Virus record (IMG/VR): IMGVR_UViG_3300023278_002893
Coordinates: 186,001-250,000 of that record
DNA: 64,000 bases
Direction: 5' to 3' (one strand)
The notes beneath the pieces are model-generated. The model worked only from the letters and a program-made list of their open reading frames with translations. It did not search any database and was not told where the DNA came from. This document shows positions 48,980 through 59,089 of the stretch, one piece after another (position 1 is the stretch's first letter; every line of letters begins with the position of its first letter). The translations under genes and the position numbers were made by a program.

Positions 48980-49699
48980 TTATGCAGTCGCTTCTTCTCT
49001 ACCGGTGTGAGAGTTTTGTAGAGCATTAAACTCCTCCATTATCTTCACACCTGCACTAGTTCCTAGCCTGTCTGCTCCCGCTTCAATCATCGCCAGTGCG
49101 GTATCCAAATCACTTATACCCGCCGAGGCTTTGATCAGGGGGCGAGAAGCATTGCCCCTTAGTTCTGACCAACGCGCAACATCTTCTACCTGGGCTCCGG
49201 CACTGCCGAACCCGGTGGAAGTTTTAATGTAGTCTATGTGCGGCGCGTAGTCCTTGATATAATGGAAAATGGTATCCTTTTCTTTCTCGGTCAGATAGCA
49301 AGTCTCCACGATACATTTTAACGTTCCTCCAGCATTGGAAGCAGTTTTGCCCATCAACTGGAGTTCTTTAATTATAAGATCAAACTTCTTGTTTTTCAAT
49401 TCACCATAGTTCAGAACAAAGTCAATCTCGTCAATCCCACGCCCAAAGAAATAACGTGCCTCTTCCACCTTAAGTTGGAGAGGGATGTTGCCGTGGGGAA
49501 ATCCTACAACTGTACATACTTTGATGTGTGAATAACCTGTTGTATTTAACACCTGTCTAGCAGGCACTGCCATATATGGAGATAAACAGATTGCTGCGAA
49601 TTCATATTCAATTGCTTCGTCCAGCAATTTCTCGAACTGTTCTTCAGTGGCATTCGGCTTGAGAAGCGAATGATCTATGTAAGTATTAAGAGGTCTCAT
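48980..49699 (-). CDS. deoC: Deoxyribose-phosphate aldolase
   Basis: IDHSLLKP, TVVGFPHG, EIDFV, KCIVET, IKTSTGF, KASAGI, RLGTS; start 49699. Confidence 0.95.
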   Translation of the reverse strand: MRPLNTYIDHSLLKPNATEEQFEKLLDEAIEYEFAAICLSPYMAVPARQVLNTTGYSHIKVCTVVGFPHGNIPLQLKVEEARYFFGRGIDEIDFVLNYGELKNKKFDLIIKELQLMGKTASNAGGTLKCIVETCYLTEKEKDTIFHYIKDYAPHIDYIKTSTGFGSAGAQVEDVARWSELRGNASRPLIKASAGISDLDTALAMIEAGADRLGTSAGVKIMEEFNALQNSHTGREEATA

Positions 49700-49967
49700 T
49701 ACGTCTCTCTTTTTCTTTTTCAATGGCTTGATTGAATACCGTAGATGCTCTATCTAAATGTTCATCGGTCCAATACTGGAGAAAGAATACCTGGTTCCCA
49801 AATAAGAGAGCAGTGCCTGCCCCCTCGACGTCGTAAAAATCAAAACCAAGTTCCTCTCCCCGTTCCTGGGTAAAAGTAAAACCTTTCTCCGTAGTAGTAA
49901 CCTTATTACCATCAGAATCAACATCACCTACTACATAAGTGCCCTTGCTTTCTATAATGTGCGTCAT
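49686..49967 (-). CDS. Hypothetical protein
   Basis: ORF track. Confidence 0.45.
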   Translation of the reverse strand: MTHIIESKGTYVVGDVDSDGNKVTTTEKGFTFTQERGEELGFDFYDVEGAGTALLFGNQVFFLQYWTDEHLDRASTVFNQAIEKEKERRNETS

Positions 49968-49982
49968 TTTTAATCCCTTTCA

Positions 49983-50354
49983 TTAAAATACTTCATGTCC
50001 CATTTCTCTTATGAAGTGTATGATATCATCCTCTAAATCATCAAAGGCGGGTCCGTGATCCCATTCTTTCAAATGGGCCAGTTCGTGCGACAACGTTGAT
50101 AATATAGTCTTACTCGATAGCGCTATGCGCGGTTTGTTTAACTGGTGTAATCGAATATATAAAATCTTTTCGTTACAATTCCTTTCGTCAATATGTTTAG
50201 CACCAATACATTTTTTACAGGGCCAGCAAATACCGTAATACTGGGCTAATTTCTTAGTTTCTGGCACGATCTTTCCATAGGTCATTCCGAAATGTGCACA
50301 TACCTTATCCGCAATTTCGTGCATGTCTTTCCATAGAATGATACTATTTGTCAT
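49983..50354 (-). CDS. WLM/SprT-like zinc metalloprotease domain protein
   Basis: TLSHELAH....HGPAF. Confidence 0.75.
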   Translation of the reverse strand: MTNSIILWKDMHEIADKVCAHFGMTYGKIVPETKKLAQYYGICWPCKKCIGAKHIDERNCNEKILYIRLHQLNKPRIALSSKTILSTLSHELAHLKEWDHGPAFDDLEDDIIHFIREMGHEVF

Positions 50355-50403
50355 TTAGGTAGATCACCTCCAGCGTATTTGTTTATCTCCTATAGGTAAA
50401 TTC

Positions 50404-50880
50404 TCAGACTGCGAATTTTTCGTCATTGGCTTGTTCCACGCGGCGGGCCATAGTAATCTCTCTATCAAAGAAGAATCTAATCTCTCTATCAACATCTACA
50501 TCGTTAGCGCTGCCGTGTATTGCGTTTAGAGTAATGTTATTGTGATCCCCGAAGTCGTGTCGTATAGTCCCAGCCGTTGCCTCTGCGGGATGTGTCGCAC
50601 CAATTAATTCCCGAAACTCACTAATACCGTCGTGTTTCATTATTACCATTGGCCATACCGGACCCGCACATATAGTGGTGATCAGGTTAGGAAAGAAATC
50701 CTTATCCTTGTGCTCTTCATAGAAGAACTCCGCGCCCTCCTTGTGAATCTGAACTGATTTGACAATCAATATTGCAAATCCAGCATCTTCGATTCTGGAA
50801 ATAATCTCACCCACTTTTCTGGCTCTAACGGCGTGGGGCTTAATCATCCCCAATGTTATGTGATCTACGGTCTCATTCAT
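50404..50880 (-). CDS. ndk: Nucleoside diphosphate kinase
   Basis: IKPHAV, RELIGAT.P..A..GTIR, NAIHGS. Confidence 0.95.
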   Translation of the reverse strand: MNETVDHITLGMIKPHAVRARKVGEIISRIEDAGFAILIVKSVQIHKEGAEFFYEEHKDKDFFPNLITTICAGPVWPMVIMKHDGISEFRELIGATHPAEATAGTIRHDFGDHNNITLNAIHGSANDVDVDREIRFFFDREITMARRVEQANDEKFAV

Positions 50881-51134
50881 TTTGTACGCACCCTAACTCT
50901 GACTTTCCACCCTTCATCCGAGGAGCCCCTCTCCCAGGTACTATCAGGATAGAATATTTTCATTACGTGGATAATATAGTTCCAGTTGTTCTCAGTGTTG
51001 GGCATACCACCATTGAGAAGTAATTCTTTCGCGCTCCAAGTCCCAGCACGCCATTGACCTGCGTTCTCTCCCTCCGTTGATAGGAGAGTATCAATTCCTC
51101 TTACTAAACTTTCATGTTCTTGGACGGTAGGCAT
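50877..51134 (-). CDS. Hypothetical protein
   Basis: ORF track, coupled. Confidence 0.45.
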   Translation of the reverse strand: MPTVQEHESLVRGIDTLLSTEGENAGQWRAGTWSAKELLLNGGMPNTENNWNYIIHVMKIFYPDSTWERGSSDEGWKVRVRVRTK

Positions 51135-51646
51135 TAGTCCCAGGCCTCGTATATTAGTTTCTCGATCTTATCTCTGTAATTTCTCATTAAATACATCTCA
51201 AATAGCATTCTCTCCCAGAGATCGGGATTACTGATTCCCAGATACTTATCCCTTTCCAGGGCAAGTTTTATCTTGATCACGTTGGTTAGTTGATGTCGCC
51301 AGACAAAGAATTCTAGATATGCGGTATCTAAAGTTGAGATTTGTGCCGCATTTCCTTCGTCCAGCGAAGAGCCTGCGGTCAATTCCCATAAGCGCTCACA
51401 GCGCGCGTTTCGATCTCTAAGCTCTTTTATATTGGATGCGTCACCCCCTTCCACTATGAAACGCATAAAAGCACTGTCCATCGCAATTACACAGCTTCTG
51501 GCGGACATTAGAGACGTGTGATAGGTAAATCTTTGTTCGTTCCGCGCCATTTCCTCAGTAAGGGTATCCACACCACTCCTGTACTCTAATCCCAAAGCTC
51601 CCAGTAAAACTACAAGCACGAGTAATACAGAAAGCACTATTCGCAT
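51134..51646 (-). CDS. Membrane-anchored helical protein
   Basis: N-terminal hydrophobic IVLSVLLVLVVLLGALGL. Confidence 0.55.
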   Translation of the reverse strand: MRIVLSVLLVLVVLLGALGLEYRSGVDTLTEEMARNEQRFTYHTSLMSARSCVIAMDSAFMRFIVEGGDASNIKELRDRNARCERLWELTAGSSLDEGNAAQISTLDTAYLEFFVWRHQLTNVIKIKLALERDKYLGISNPDLWERMLFEMYLMRNYRDKIEKLIYEAWD

Positions 51647-51954
51647 CAGAACCTCCCAATATTAAGCAGTTGTGGTTTCTCTTCCTCCATATCTTTTAAT
51701 GTTCGATTAAGTCCCTCTACTAGTGTCTTGACTTCTTCCAAAGGTACAGAAACTATGGTAGTAAGTCTTGCGATTTCACTACCAAAATGATCTTTGATTC
51801 TCTTCTTATCGGCGGTCATGGTGTCAGGATCTTCCTTTTGAAATGACACATAGACCTCGCCCTCACCACTAATACCAATGAAATTACAACCAGGACATTC
51901 TACCTCTATGAAATCCCCCAAACGCTTCTGAACAGGATCATTTTTTGAGTTCAT
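51646..51954 (-). CDS. Hypothetical protein
   Basis: ORF track; RBS GGAGGGAG. Confidence 0.5.
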   Translation of the reverse strand: MNSKNDPVQKRLGDFIEVECPGCNFIGISGEGEVYVSFQKEDPDTMTADKKRIKDHFGSEIARLTTIVSVPLEEVKTLVEGLNRTLKDMEEEKPQLLNIGRF

Positions 51955-52200
51955 CTAGCTCCCTCCATCTGAAATAGAAATCAGACATTGATGTGTGGAT
52001 CCAAAGAGCCGCGCCCGGATTCTTCTCTACCGTAGATTTAACTAGTTCCAGCAGCATCATCTTTGTTATATAGTCGAGCATTGGGGGTTTATCTTTAGGA
52101 GCCATTATTATTATAAACTTCTTCTGTTTTATTTACCATGTGGATTAACCAAACAGCCTCTATCATGCAGGCGTTCATATCCTCAAGGGGAATTGAATGG

Positions 52201-52809
52201 TCATCTAGTACCTCTCGCATATATTTTAGCATTGGTAGTTGGGCCATAAGCTATCCTCCTCGCCTCTTCCAGATCGTATAGAAAATCCTCTTCGATCTTC
52301 GTATTTCGGTTACGTAATACGTAGGACGGATGGTATATAATGGAAACTAAGATATCCTCATCAAACGGTAGGGGTTCTACCCTCCCGCGCTCCTTGGTGA
52401 TCTTGATCTTGCGCCCAAGGAGATGGCTTGCTGATATTCTACCTAATGTTACTATAAGTTTAGGTTTCAGCACAGATACCTGGTCTTTCAACCAAGGCAT
52501 ACATGCCTCTACTTCTACTGGTAAGGGATCACGATTATCAGGAGGACGGCACTTGACGATATTAGTAATGAATACATCACTCCTATCTAATCCAACCTTC
52601 CTCAGAGATTCGGTCAGTATTTGACCGGATCTCCCCACGAAAGGTTCCCCTTGGTTATCTTCATTTTCTCCAGGTGCTTCCCCCACTATCATTATTCCCC
52701 TCGAAAGGAGGTTGGTACCGGGAATGGGACTCCTGCACGTTTTGTGCAGATCACATTTGGTACATAGTAGGATCTCAGAACTACAAATACTGACCATGTC
52801 CTTCACCAT
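52201..52809 (-). CDS. Uracil-DNA glycosylase family 4 (Fe-S)
   Basis: CTKCDL, VGEAPG..ED..G.PFVG, NIVKCRPP.NR, YHPSY. Confidence 0.93.
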   Translation of the reverse strand: MVKDMVSICSSEILLCTKCDLHKTCRSPIPGTNLLSRGIMIVGEAPGENEDNQGEPFVGRSGQILTESLRKVGLDRSDVFITNIVKCRPPDNRDPLPVEVEACMPWLKDQVSVLKPKLIVTLGRISASHLLGRKIKITKERGRVEPLPFDEDILVSIIYHPSYVLRNRNTKIEEDFLYDLEEARRIAYGPTTNAKIYARGTR

Positions 52810-53095
52810 TTACTTCCTCTCCACTCACCGTAGTGGGTGTTCTCTTTCCTCCCATCATGGAAGGATCCATTTGCATCCCCATGGGCATCCCCTCCATTCC
52901 AGGCATTCTGTCGAACATCGAAGGATCAACTTCTCCGCTGTCCATCATGTTCTTTAGATTTTCTTCATATTTTTTCTGGATTCGCCGGACATACCACGTG
53001 CCAAAAGTTACGCTTATCAATTGAAGCAAAATGTTGCCTAATACGAACGCAGCCAAAACCGACCAGAATATTTCCCAACTAAAACCAAAGAGCAT
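52781..53095 (-). CDS. Single-TM membrane protein
   Basis: Hydrophobic N-terminus, M/P/G-rich tail. Confidence 0.55.
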   Translation of the reverse strand: MLFGFSWEIFWSVLAAFVLGNILLQLISVTFGTWYVRRIQKKYEENLKNMMDSGEVDPSMFDRMPGMEGMPMGMQMDPSMMGGKRTPTTVSGEEVNGEGHGQYL

Positions 53096-53116
53096 TTATG
53101 GTCTCCTTTATATTCA

Positions 53117-53145
53117 ATTATATTTATTTTGGGGGGTGATGTCAA
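53117..53145 (-). promoter_or_regulatory. Consensus sigma70 promoter
   Basis: TTGACA-17-TATAAT. Confidence 0.85.
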
Positions 53146-53536
53146 GTCGTTGGTCCTTCCTGACTTAAGTATTGAATTTTTTTTTTAGCGTTTCGAAATC
53201 CGACTTCCCCTTTGTGTTATCTTATCCGTCTGTATTCCCTCTTAAATACATTCAGTTTCAATAAGGTTTTCCGTGATACGCCTGCTCGCTGTCGATCGGA
53301 AAATTCTTCCCATAGTTTATCTTCCGATCTCGTCACCCCCGCATCCCCCACACCCAATTCCTCTCTCAGAGCTGCTCACTCTCTTGGTTTCTAAAGACTG
53401 GACTCTCTAACCCATATGGTATTCCCTCTTATGGAGAAGGTATAGATCAGTGGGTGATCCTCTCTCTAAAGGATCTACACTTGCCCCATCAGATTATTTG
53501 ATACCCGCGCGATAATATTAGGTTTTTACACCCTTT

Positions 53537-53785
53537 TTACCGCCCACCTTGTCCGCAACCGAGATGCTTGTTTCTCCGGTTCCTAGCATGCGATGTTGTC
53601 CGGGGCGCTCCCGCATCATAGGGACTCGCTACGCTTCGTCCCGGGGAGCCATTGGGAGGAGGATACACCTTCTCCCATTTCGCCTGATCTTCTCTGTCTC
53701 TCTTCTCCATCCTGAAAATTATATCCTCAAGAACCTCTACCCGTTGCTCCAGAATTTCCATTCTCGACTTCGATGATGCTGGCAT
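53537..53785 (-). CDS. Hypothetical protein
   Basis: ORF track; RBS GGAGG. Confidence 0.45.
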   Translation of the reverse strand: MPASSKSRMEILEQRVEVLEDIIFRMEKRDREDQAKWEKVYPPPNGSPGRSVASPYDAGAPRTTSHARNRRNKHLGCGQGGR

Positions 53786-53788
53786 ATT

Positions 53789-54088
53789 TTAATCCTCCGC
53801 CATTTTGTTCATGACTTCGTAGGCCACTTCGGTACAAACCTCAGCTACGGTTTCCATCTCCTCATCAGTTAGGGGATGAAGCTCTTTCATGTTCTTCATC
53901 AAAACTCTCCTGACAACACCTGCGATCTCGCCTGGGGTTAATTCAGAAACTGGCAAGTAGCCAATTTCTTCTCGGGCCAGGAGAATTTTCTCTTCTATTG
54001 TAATCTGCTCGAGGTCTTCCATTGAATACTCATCTGGATTGTTTAATTCCGGTCTCATGCTCTTTGGTTCCTCTTCGTTGTTTAACAT
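53789..54088 (-). CDS. Acidic hypothetical protein
   Basis: ORF track. Confidence 0.45.
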   Translation of the reverse strand: MLNNEEEPKSMRPELNNPDEYSMEDLEQITIEEKILLAREEIGYLPVSELTPGEIAGVVRRVLMKNMKELHPLTDEEMETVAEVCTEVAYEVMNKMAED

Positions 54089-54365
54089 TTCTTTTCCTTT
54101 TCTCGTAAGCGGATAATTTTATTTGCCGCCTCCAAAAATTCTGCTAAGTGCGGGTAATTACTAACTATCTCTACTTAGAAATTCCTCAATTGCCTTATGT
54201 ACCCTCTCTTCTGCTTCTAAGATAATACGATGGCGTTCTTCCTCAGCCTTCTTCAGTTTTTCTACAATTTCGAAACAAATGCTTCCATTGATTGGAGTAT
54301 CATCCGTATTTATTCCGATGGACATAGTATCTCCCTCTAACTGTTTATTTGTGCTGCGGGAATCA

Positions 54366-56132
54366 TCAAGGCTGATCTGTGACAACACTGTTAATACCCG
54401 TAGCTGTGGCCCCTGTACCCGCGGCAATATCTATAATACCGGCGTAGTCAGTTCCCACATTTGGAAAATCATCTCCGGGCTTCCAATAGTGTATCAAGCT
54501 CGCACTACTTGTATAAGTCCCAGAATCTGTCGTGAGGTCGTAATCAAAACCTCCCGAAACTAGAGTCGGATACTGCCCCGGCTCTAGCGCTATATCCCAT
54601 ACCCCTATATGTCCTAAACTACCAGACCAAGCCGCTAGCGATGGTGCTGTGTCCTCTAAGAGGTCTCCTACGCGGAGTTGACGTCCACCCGTTGGCTCGT
54701 TCATGTTGCCAGTTCCGGAAAATAATAAGGTTTGGTCCGTGACAAGTAAGCCCTGATCGTATGCGATCAGGTTGGTCCCGTCCCAGACGCATGAGAAATT
54801 CCTCCACTGATTATGCTTCTGGATCTTATTGAAACGCGTTATACGTAATCTACGACCTAGAGAGTTTCCCAATTCTATGACAAGCTCTTCTTCATATTTG
54901 GAGTTTTCTAGTTTGGCCGCCCATATCAATATCTCACTTCTAGGGGTGCTCCCCTTTAGGTGTAATAACGTTCTATGACTATCAATTGCTGCTTGTGGGA
55001 CAAACAGGGTGGGTTTCAACCAAAAACCAAACGTCCATGCATTCCCGATACCTATTTCTTGATTGGGGGAACTTTCTAATCTATCACTAGATCCCCCAAA
55101 TTCTGTGGCTACTGAATTAGTTACCCCTACTCCCCCAGTAGTTAAACTAACCGCCCATTCTTGTGTCGCTGTCCCCGAAAGAGTAGAAGTTACAACAACT
55201 TTGAAATCCTGGCTCGGTTGTTGGCTTACATGTGGTATCCAAGCAACTGACCCTGTTGTGGGGGATATAGTCGCCCCCTCCGGATTAGTTTCGAATGTAT
55301 AAGTCAAAGTCAGGTCTTCGTCGCTTCGTGCATCCACTTCATAGGTGTAAGACTGAGACGTTAGACCTGAAGTAGTTGGTATCCCTGAAATTGTTGGATC
55401 GTGGTCATTGTATTGTACTATTAGGCGGAAACCACCCCCCGCGCGATCTTCTGCATCAAAGAAAACCCGTTCTTCGTCCGACCCGTCCCCGCTACTGCTA
55501 TTATACCAATCCAGGGCAAATGCGATTCCTGAGATTGTCGGGTTTGTACCCCGCCACGCTTCTAAGTTCTCAGCAATGGCATTTGTAGGGGCGGCTGAAA
55601 GTTCAAAGTCTGGTGAATAGTCCGGATCACCGATTGATCCTGAAGTACCCGTCAAGAAGTCACCACTGTCGTAAGTTATTGTACCTAATTCCGCCCCGCC
55701 GAAAACGCGTGATCCGCTAATAGTGTCTGATAACTCACCCGTAGGGAAAGGAAAATCAGTCGAACTTGTATAAGCCCCCCATCCTCCGGAAGTTCCTGAA
55801 AGGGGGACAGTCCAAACACCATCATCTTCGAGCATAAACACACGGAAACTATTATCAGTATCTGTTATAACTGGATTCAGGAAGAACGTGGTCTTCCAAT
55901 TAAGCTTTGCTTTAACATATGACGACCTGTTGGGGATGATTGATAAATCATAATAAAGAAATACCGCATCCGTTGGCTCAAATCCCTTACCTCCAACAGC
56001 CCCTACCCAGAGCTGCTCGGGGGATTCCGGGAGAGGCCAATGCGTCTCTTCATCGACATTGACGCGTACATCCCCCAAAAATCCATGACTATCACTTTCG
56101 GATACTGCGAAACTAGATTCCCGTAATACCAT
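54366..56132 (-). CDS. Probable virion adhesin: DNRLRE-like N-domain, Ig-like domain, LamG domain
   Basis: IP....VKAKLNW, MLEDDGVWT; PTISG.P...YTYEV.A...PEGATI...TG.V.W.P; WTFGFWLKP, WRNFSCVWDG. Confidence 0.7.
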   Translation of the reverse strand: MVLRESSFAVSESDSHGFLGDVRVNVDEETHWPLPESPEQLWVGAVGGKGFEPTDAVFLYYDLSIIPNRSSYVKAKLNWKTTFFLNPVITDTDNSFRVFMLEDDGVWTVPLSGTSGGWGAYTSSTDFPFPTGELSDTISGSRVFGGAELGTITYDSGDFLTGTSGSIGDPDYSPDFELSAAPTNAIAENLEAWRGTNPTISGIAFALDWYNSSSGDGSDEERVFFDAEDRAGGGFRLIVQYNDHDPTISGIPTTSGLTSQSYTYEVDARSDEDLTLTYTFETNPEGATISPTTGSVAWIPHVSQQPSQDFKVVVTSTLSGTATQEWAVSLTTGGVGVTNSVATEFGGSSDRLESSPNQEIGIGNAWTFGFWLKPTLFVPQAAIDSHRTLLHLKGSTPRSEILIWAAKLENSKYEEELVIELGNSLGRRLRITRFNKIQKHNQWRNFSCVWDGTNLIAYDQGLLVTDQTLLFSGTGNMNEPTGGRQLRVGDLLEDTAPSLAAWSGSLGHIGVWDIALEPGQYPTLVSGGFDYDLTTDSGTYTSSASLIHYWKPGDDFPNVGTDYAGIIDIAAGTGATATGINSVVTDQP

Positions 56133-56136
56133 TTAG

Positions 56137-56733
56137 TTAAGGGTTGCGGCGGATAGATACGTGCGTGCCATCTCCTAATTTAGTATGTTGGAAATTTCCA
56201 ACTAGTGGCGTAAGAATGTCAGATACTCTGTCTGAACGCCATTGATGTCCAAACTCCGTAGGAAAATCCCACTGCATAAGTCTGAATATTTTATTTCCGC
56301 CCTTAAATTCTAGATCCGTCTCAAGAAATGCCTTCATTAGGAAAGCAAAGGATCTATTAGCGGTATGTCCTGGTATATTGCGAATACCCGGAGTTATCAT
56401 AGCAGATACTTCCATTAAATTCCCATCATCGGATTCTGTACGTACATTATAAAGATTACATGTACCCAGAAGCACATCTCGTTTATTGTTCTGATCTAAG
56501 GTATAGACTCCAAAATTGACTACACCCAAGTCATCGTCATAAGTAGGGGAATCTCTTCTACAGAGGAAGACGTCAGGTTTATCTGCGAGTTCAATTGCTC
56601 GGAATATAACCCTTCTGAGAATTTTTATCGCCTGATGACGCCGATCTCTAGTCATATCCCTAAAATGAACGAGTCTTATATCCGCGCCGCGGGGATTAGT
56701 AATTGTAAAAGGCTTTATGGCAGGTAATTTCAT
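56137..56733 (-). CDS. Unknown protein, paralog of 26177..26815
   Basis: DGNLMEVSAMITPGIRN versus NGNDIQVSALVTPFLRN. Confidence 0.6.
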   Translation of the reverse strand: MKLPAIKPFTITNPRGADIRLVHFRDMTRDRRHQAIKILRRVIFRAIELADKPDVFLCRRDSPTYDDDLGVVNFGVYTLDQNNKRDVLLGTCNLYNVRTESDDGNLMEVSAMITPGIRNIPGHTANRSFAFLMKAFLETDLEFKGGNKIFRLMQWDFPTEFGHQWRSDRVSDILTPLVGNFQHTKLGDGTHVSIRRNP

Positions 56734-56737
56734 TTTA

Positions 56738-57052
56738 CTAACCTCTAGGGTTCCTCAGTTGATTGAGGTGGTGGATTGCCAATACGTCATCCGCCGCATC
56801 TGCTAAATTCTTTTCATCTAGGGGATCAAGTACTAAACCCAAAAGAGACTCAACCTGACGAGGACCATATTCCTCATTCAGTAGAGCCTCTTCATTTGTT
56901 TCGTCAATGGAGATAGAAGTGTGGTGATGCATTTTATCTCGCCAATCTGCTTCTAGTAAATCCGCATCGTCACACTTTTCAGTTGGCGCAAAAATACTCT
57001 GTTTGCGACGCGTCTTCAGTTCCTCCTGAAATATATCATTGACCTTTGTCAT
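56738..57052 (-). CDS. Hypothetical protein
   Basis: ORF track. Confidence 0.45.
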   Translation of the reverse strand: MTKVNDIFQEELKTRRKQSIFAPTEKCDDADLLEADWRDKMHHHTSISIDETNEEALLNEEYGPRQVESLLGLVLDPLDEKNLADAADDVLAIHHLNQLRNPRG

Positions 57053-57056
57053 TGTT

Positions 57057-57458
57057 TTATGTCCTATTTACCGTTATTCCTAGTGGTATTCTAAGCTCCA
57101 TAACGTTTTCTTGGCTGTACTCCCGCATATTTGGCGAACTAGACTTACTTGACGCTCGCCTCTCAACCGACCGCTGCAATAGCTGTTCCTCTATTTCTTC
57201 AATGGTGAAAGGAAGATCAACAGTCTTGGCTTCTTTAATCAGACCCCACTTAGGTGTGAGTTTCTTTACGACCCAAGCAGTAAATCGTTCTTTTATGGAA
57301 ACCGGTTCTGGCGTAAAGGTCACGTACCACAATTCGTCTTGGATCGCATCCCGCATAATTTTCTTTTCTTCGGCGGGGAGATTTTCTTCTTCACGTTCCC
57401 CCACCTTAGCTACTAGTTGTCTTGGCATTACCTTCTCCTTCCTTAAATATCTGCCCAT
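57057..57458 (-). CDS. Hypothetical protein
   Basis: ORF track; start probably ~57428. Confidence 0.45.
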   Translation of the reverse strand: MGRYLRKEKVMPRQLVAKVGEREEENLPAEEKKIMRDAIQDELWYVTFTPEPVSIKERFTAWVVKKLTPKWGLIKEAKTVDLPFTIEEIEEQLLQRSVERRASSKSSSPNMREYSQENVMELRIPLGITVNRT

Positions 57459-57786
57459 CCGCCATCATCTGACGCAGGGAAGAATAATATCCTACGAATC
57501 TCTGGAAGATCTCATTGTAAGTCTGAGTGAGTTCTTCTTTACTTCCCGTGACGGACAATACTCCTTCATTGGCCTCCTCGGCGGTGATGAGGCCCTTCTC
57601 GGTGAGAAGGTCTAGTGTCTTAAGGCTGACTGACATGTTCTCGGTCAGCAAATATAGGAGAGCATTGAAGTTTGCCTTCAGCTCGTCCTTGTCCATGTCC
57701 CCTCCTAGCAGGGGCACTACTACATCGTCGGGTCTATCCTCTGGTGGGGTTTGGGTCAGATTAAGAGACCCCGTTACGTCAATCAT
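57406..57786 (-). CDS. Hypothetical protein
   Basis: ORF track; downstream of a consensus promoter. Confidence 0.5.
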   Translation of the reverse strand: MIDVTGSLNLTQTPPEDRPDDVVVPLLGGDMDKDELKANFNALLYLLTENMSVSLKTLDLLTEKGLITAEEANEGVLSVTGSKEELTQTYNEIFQRFVGYYSSLRQMMADGQIFKEGEGNAKTTSS

Positions 57787-57891
57787 GGTAATCCTCGTGT
57801 GTTAGCAAAGTGGCAGCTAAATGGTTGATATCGAAAGGTTTAGTGCGATATCCTTAGCAACATACTAACTATATCGCAGTATCCGCAAACA

Positions 57892-57920
57892 ATTATAAGT
57901 TCTGCCGCGCGTAATGTCAA
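57892..57920 (-). promoter_or_regulatory. Consensus sigma70 promoter
   Basis: TTGACA-17-TATAAT. Confidence 0.85.
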
Positions 57921-58107
57921 TGTAACCCCTATAATAGTAGGGTGTGGTAAAACCACTTATATAAGGCTAATAGTGAGGTAATACAGATACTTATACCTCC
58001 AAGCCAATAACCTAGGTTCCAGGATTTCTCACATATATAACACTCCTCTCCGAGCCAATGGATAAGGATCAGCCAGAGCAGAGACACCGCTATGAGCGCC
58101 AGATAAA

Positions 58108-58326
58108 TCAATCTTCTATGTCCTCGTCCAGTTCGTCCGAGGTCACACCGACCAGGAGACGAATGGCCTCGAATAGATTTTTCAAATCGGTGGAAGAAAC
58201 ATATCCCTCCCAGATTTTATACTTGTTCCAGTAAAGACTGGATCTTCCCCTTCTGTCAGTATGTAGTTCGTACATTAACTGCTCCTTAATGGTCCAAGAA
58301 CTTTCATGTTCTGTGCGATCAGCCAC
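58108..58326 (-). CDS. Hypothetical protein
   Basis: ORF track. Confidence 0.4.
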   Translation of the reverse strand: MADRTEHESSWTIKEQLMYELHTDRRGRSSLYWNKYKIWEGYVSSTDLKNLFEAIRLLVGVTSDELDEDIED

Positions 58327-58583
58327 TCCCCGCCTTGGCTGTTCGGTCTCTTGAAACTAACGAAGTCGCGGATCTCAACTTTGTACCACACCCTACCTTT
58401 CGTCGAGAGGTGAGGGGCGCTCGGTTCGCGACCAGCGTGCCAACCGGGACGGTGCGCAAAGCCTTTTGTTGGAATGTCCTCAGCGGGGAGCCACACCCCG
58501 ATCGGGATCCGTTGTCGTGTTCCGATGAACAGAGGCCCGATGGTACCGTCCTTGCGTTGTTTAAACAATTTGTAAGCTTTCAT
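58275..58583 (-). CDS. Phage hypothetical protein (AYKLF...PLFI...GFA.RPGWH)
   Basis: RBS GAGGAG before ATG 58583. Confidence 0.65.
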   Translation of the reverse strand: MKAYKLFKQRKDGTIGPLFIGTRQRIPIGVWLPAEDIPTKGFAHRPGWHAGREPSAPHLSTKGRVWYKVEIRDFVSFKRPNSQGGEWLIAQNMKVLGPLRSS

Positions 58584-58599
58584 CTTTCTCCTCAAACCA

Positions 58600-58628
58600 A
58601 TAATACGAGAAGTGTTCCCCCGTGTCAA
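58600..58628 (-). promoter_or_regulatory. sigma70-type promoter
   Basis: TTGACA-17-TATTAT. Confidence 0.8.
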
Positions 58629-58700
58629 GCACTATCTTCCCCTTTTCACTCGGGGTGGTTTATGATCTATATAGTGGCAAAGAAAGTGATTCCAACGAGA

Positions 58701-58729
58701 ATAATAAGAGAGAATAGAGAGGATGTCAA
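58701..58729 (-). promoter_or_regulatory. sigma70-type promoter
   Basis: TTGACA-17-TATTAT. Confidence 0.8.
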
Positions 58730-58987
58730 ATAAATGACTAGGAGGTCAATATACATCTTCCCCCTTGAGATATAATGGGAGATAATATTGCCTTAGGGAC
58801 CCTAGCATAGTTACCTCACCTTGTGAGGTAATCATTGTTTATACCCCCCTCCTCCGTCGAGGGATATACACATTGATTAACTATGCTACACGCGCTACCA
58901 CTTGTTACCTCACTGCGTGAGCTAATAATTCTCGCTTCGCTCGAATTAGACATGTCGTCTACTTCCAGCAAGCTGAAAGGAGACACC

Positions 58988-59026
58988 ATGTCACGACACG
59001 GAGGTCGCAAGCTCCCTCGTCACTGA
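58988..59026 (+). CDS. 12-aa micropeptide MSRHGGRKLPRH
   Basis: RBS GAAAGGAG 5 nt before ATG. Confidence 0.4.
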   Translation: MSRHGGRKLPRH

Positions 59027-59089
59027 GCTTGTCTAACGCAGCACTCATGCTGCACCGCACGGAGAGCTACGCTCTACCGTGCAGGAGGT

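Noticed and set aside
24921-56733. Diversity-generating retroelement acting on the adhesins
   Set aside because: No reverse transcriptase and no near-identical TR/VR pair noticed
35-58733. Plus-strand ORFs of the track in the left arm, and minus-strand ORFs at 58816-63785
   Set aside because: Antisense shadows of better-supported genes, lacking RBSs and motifs
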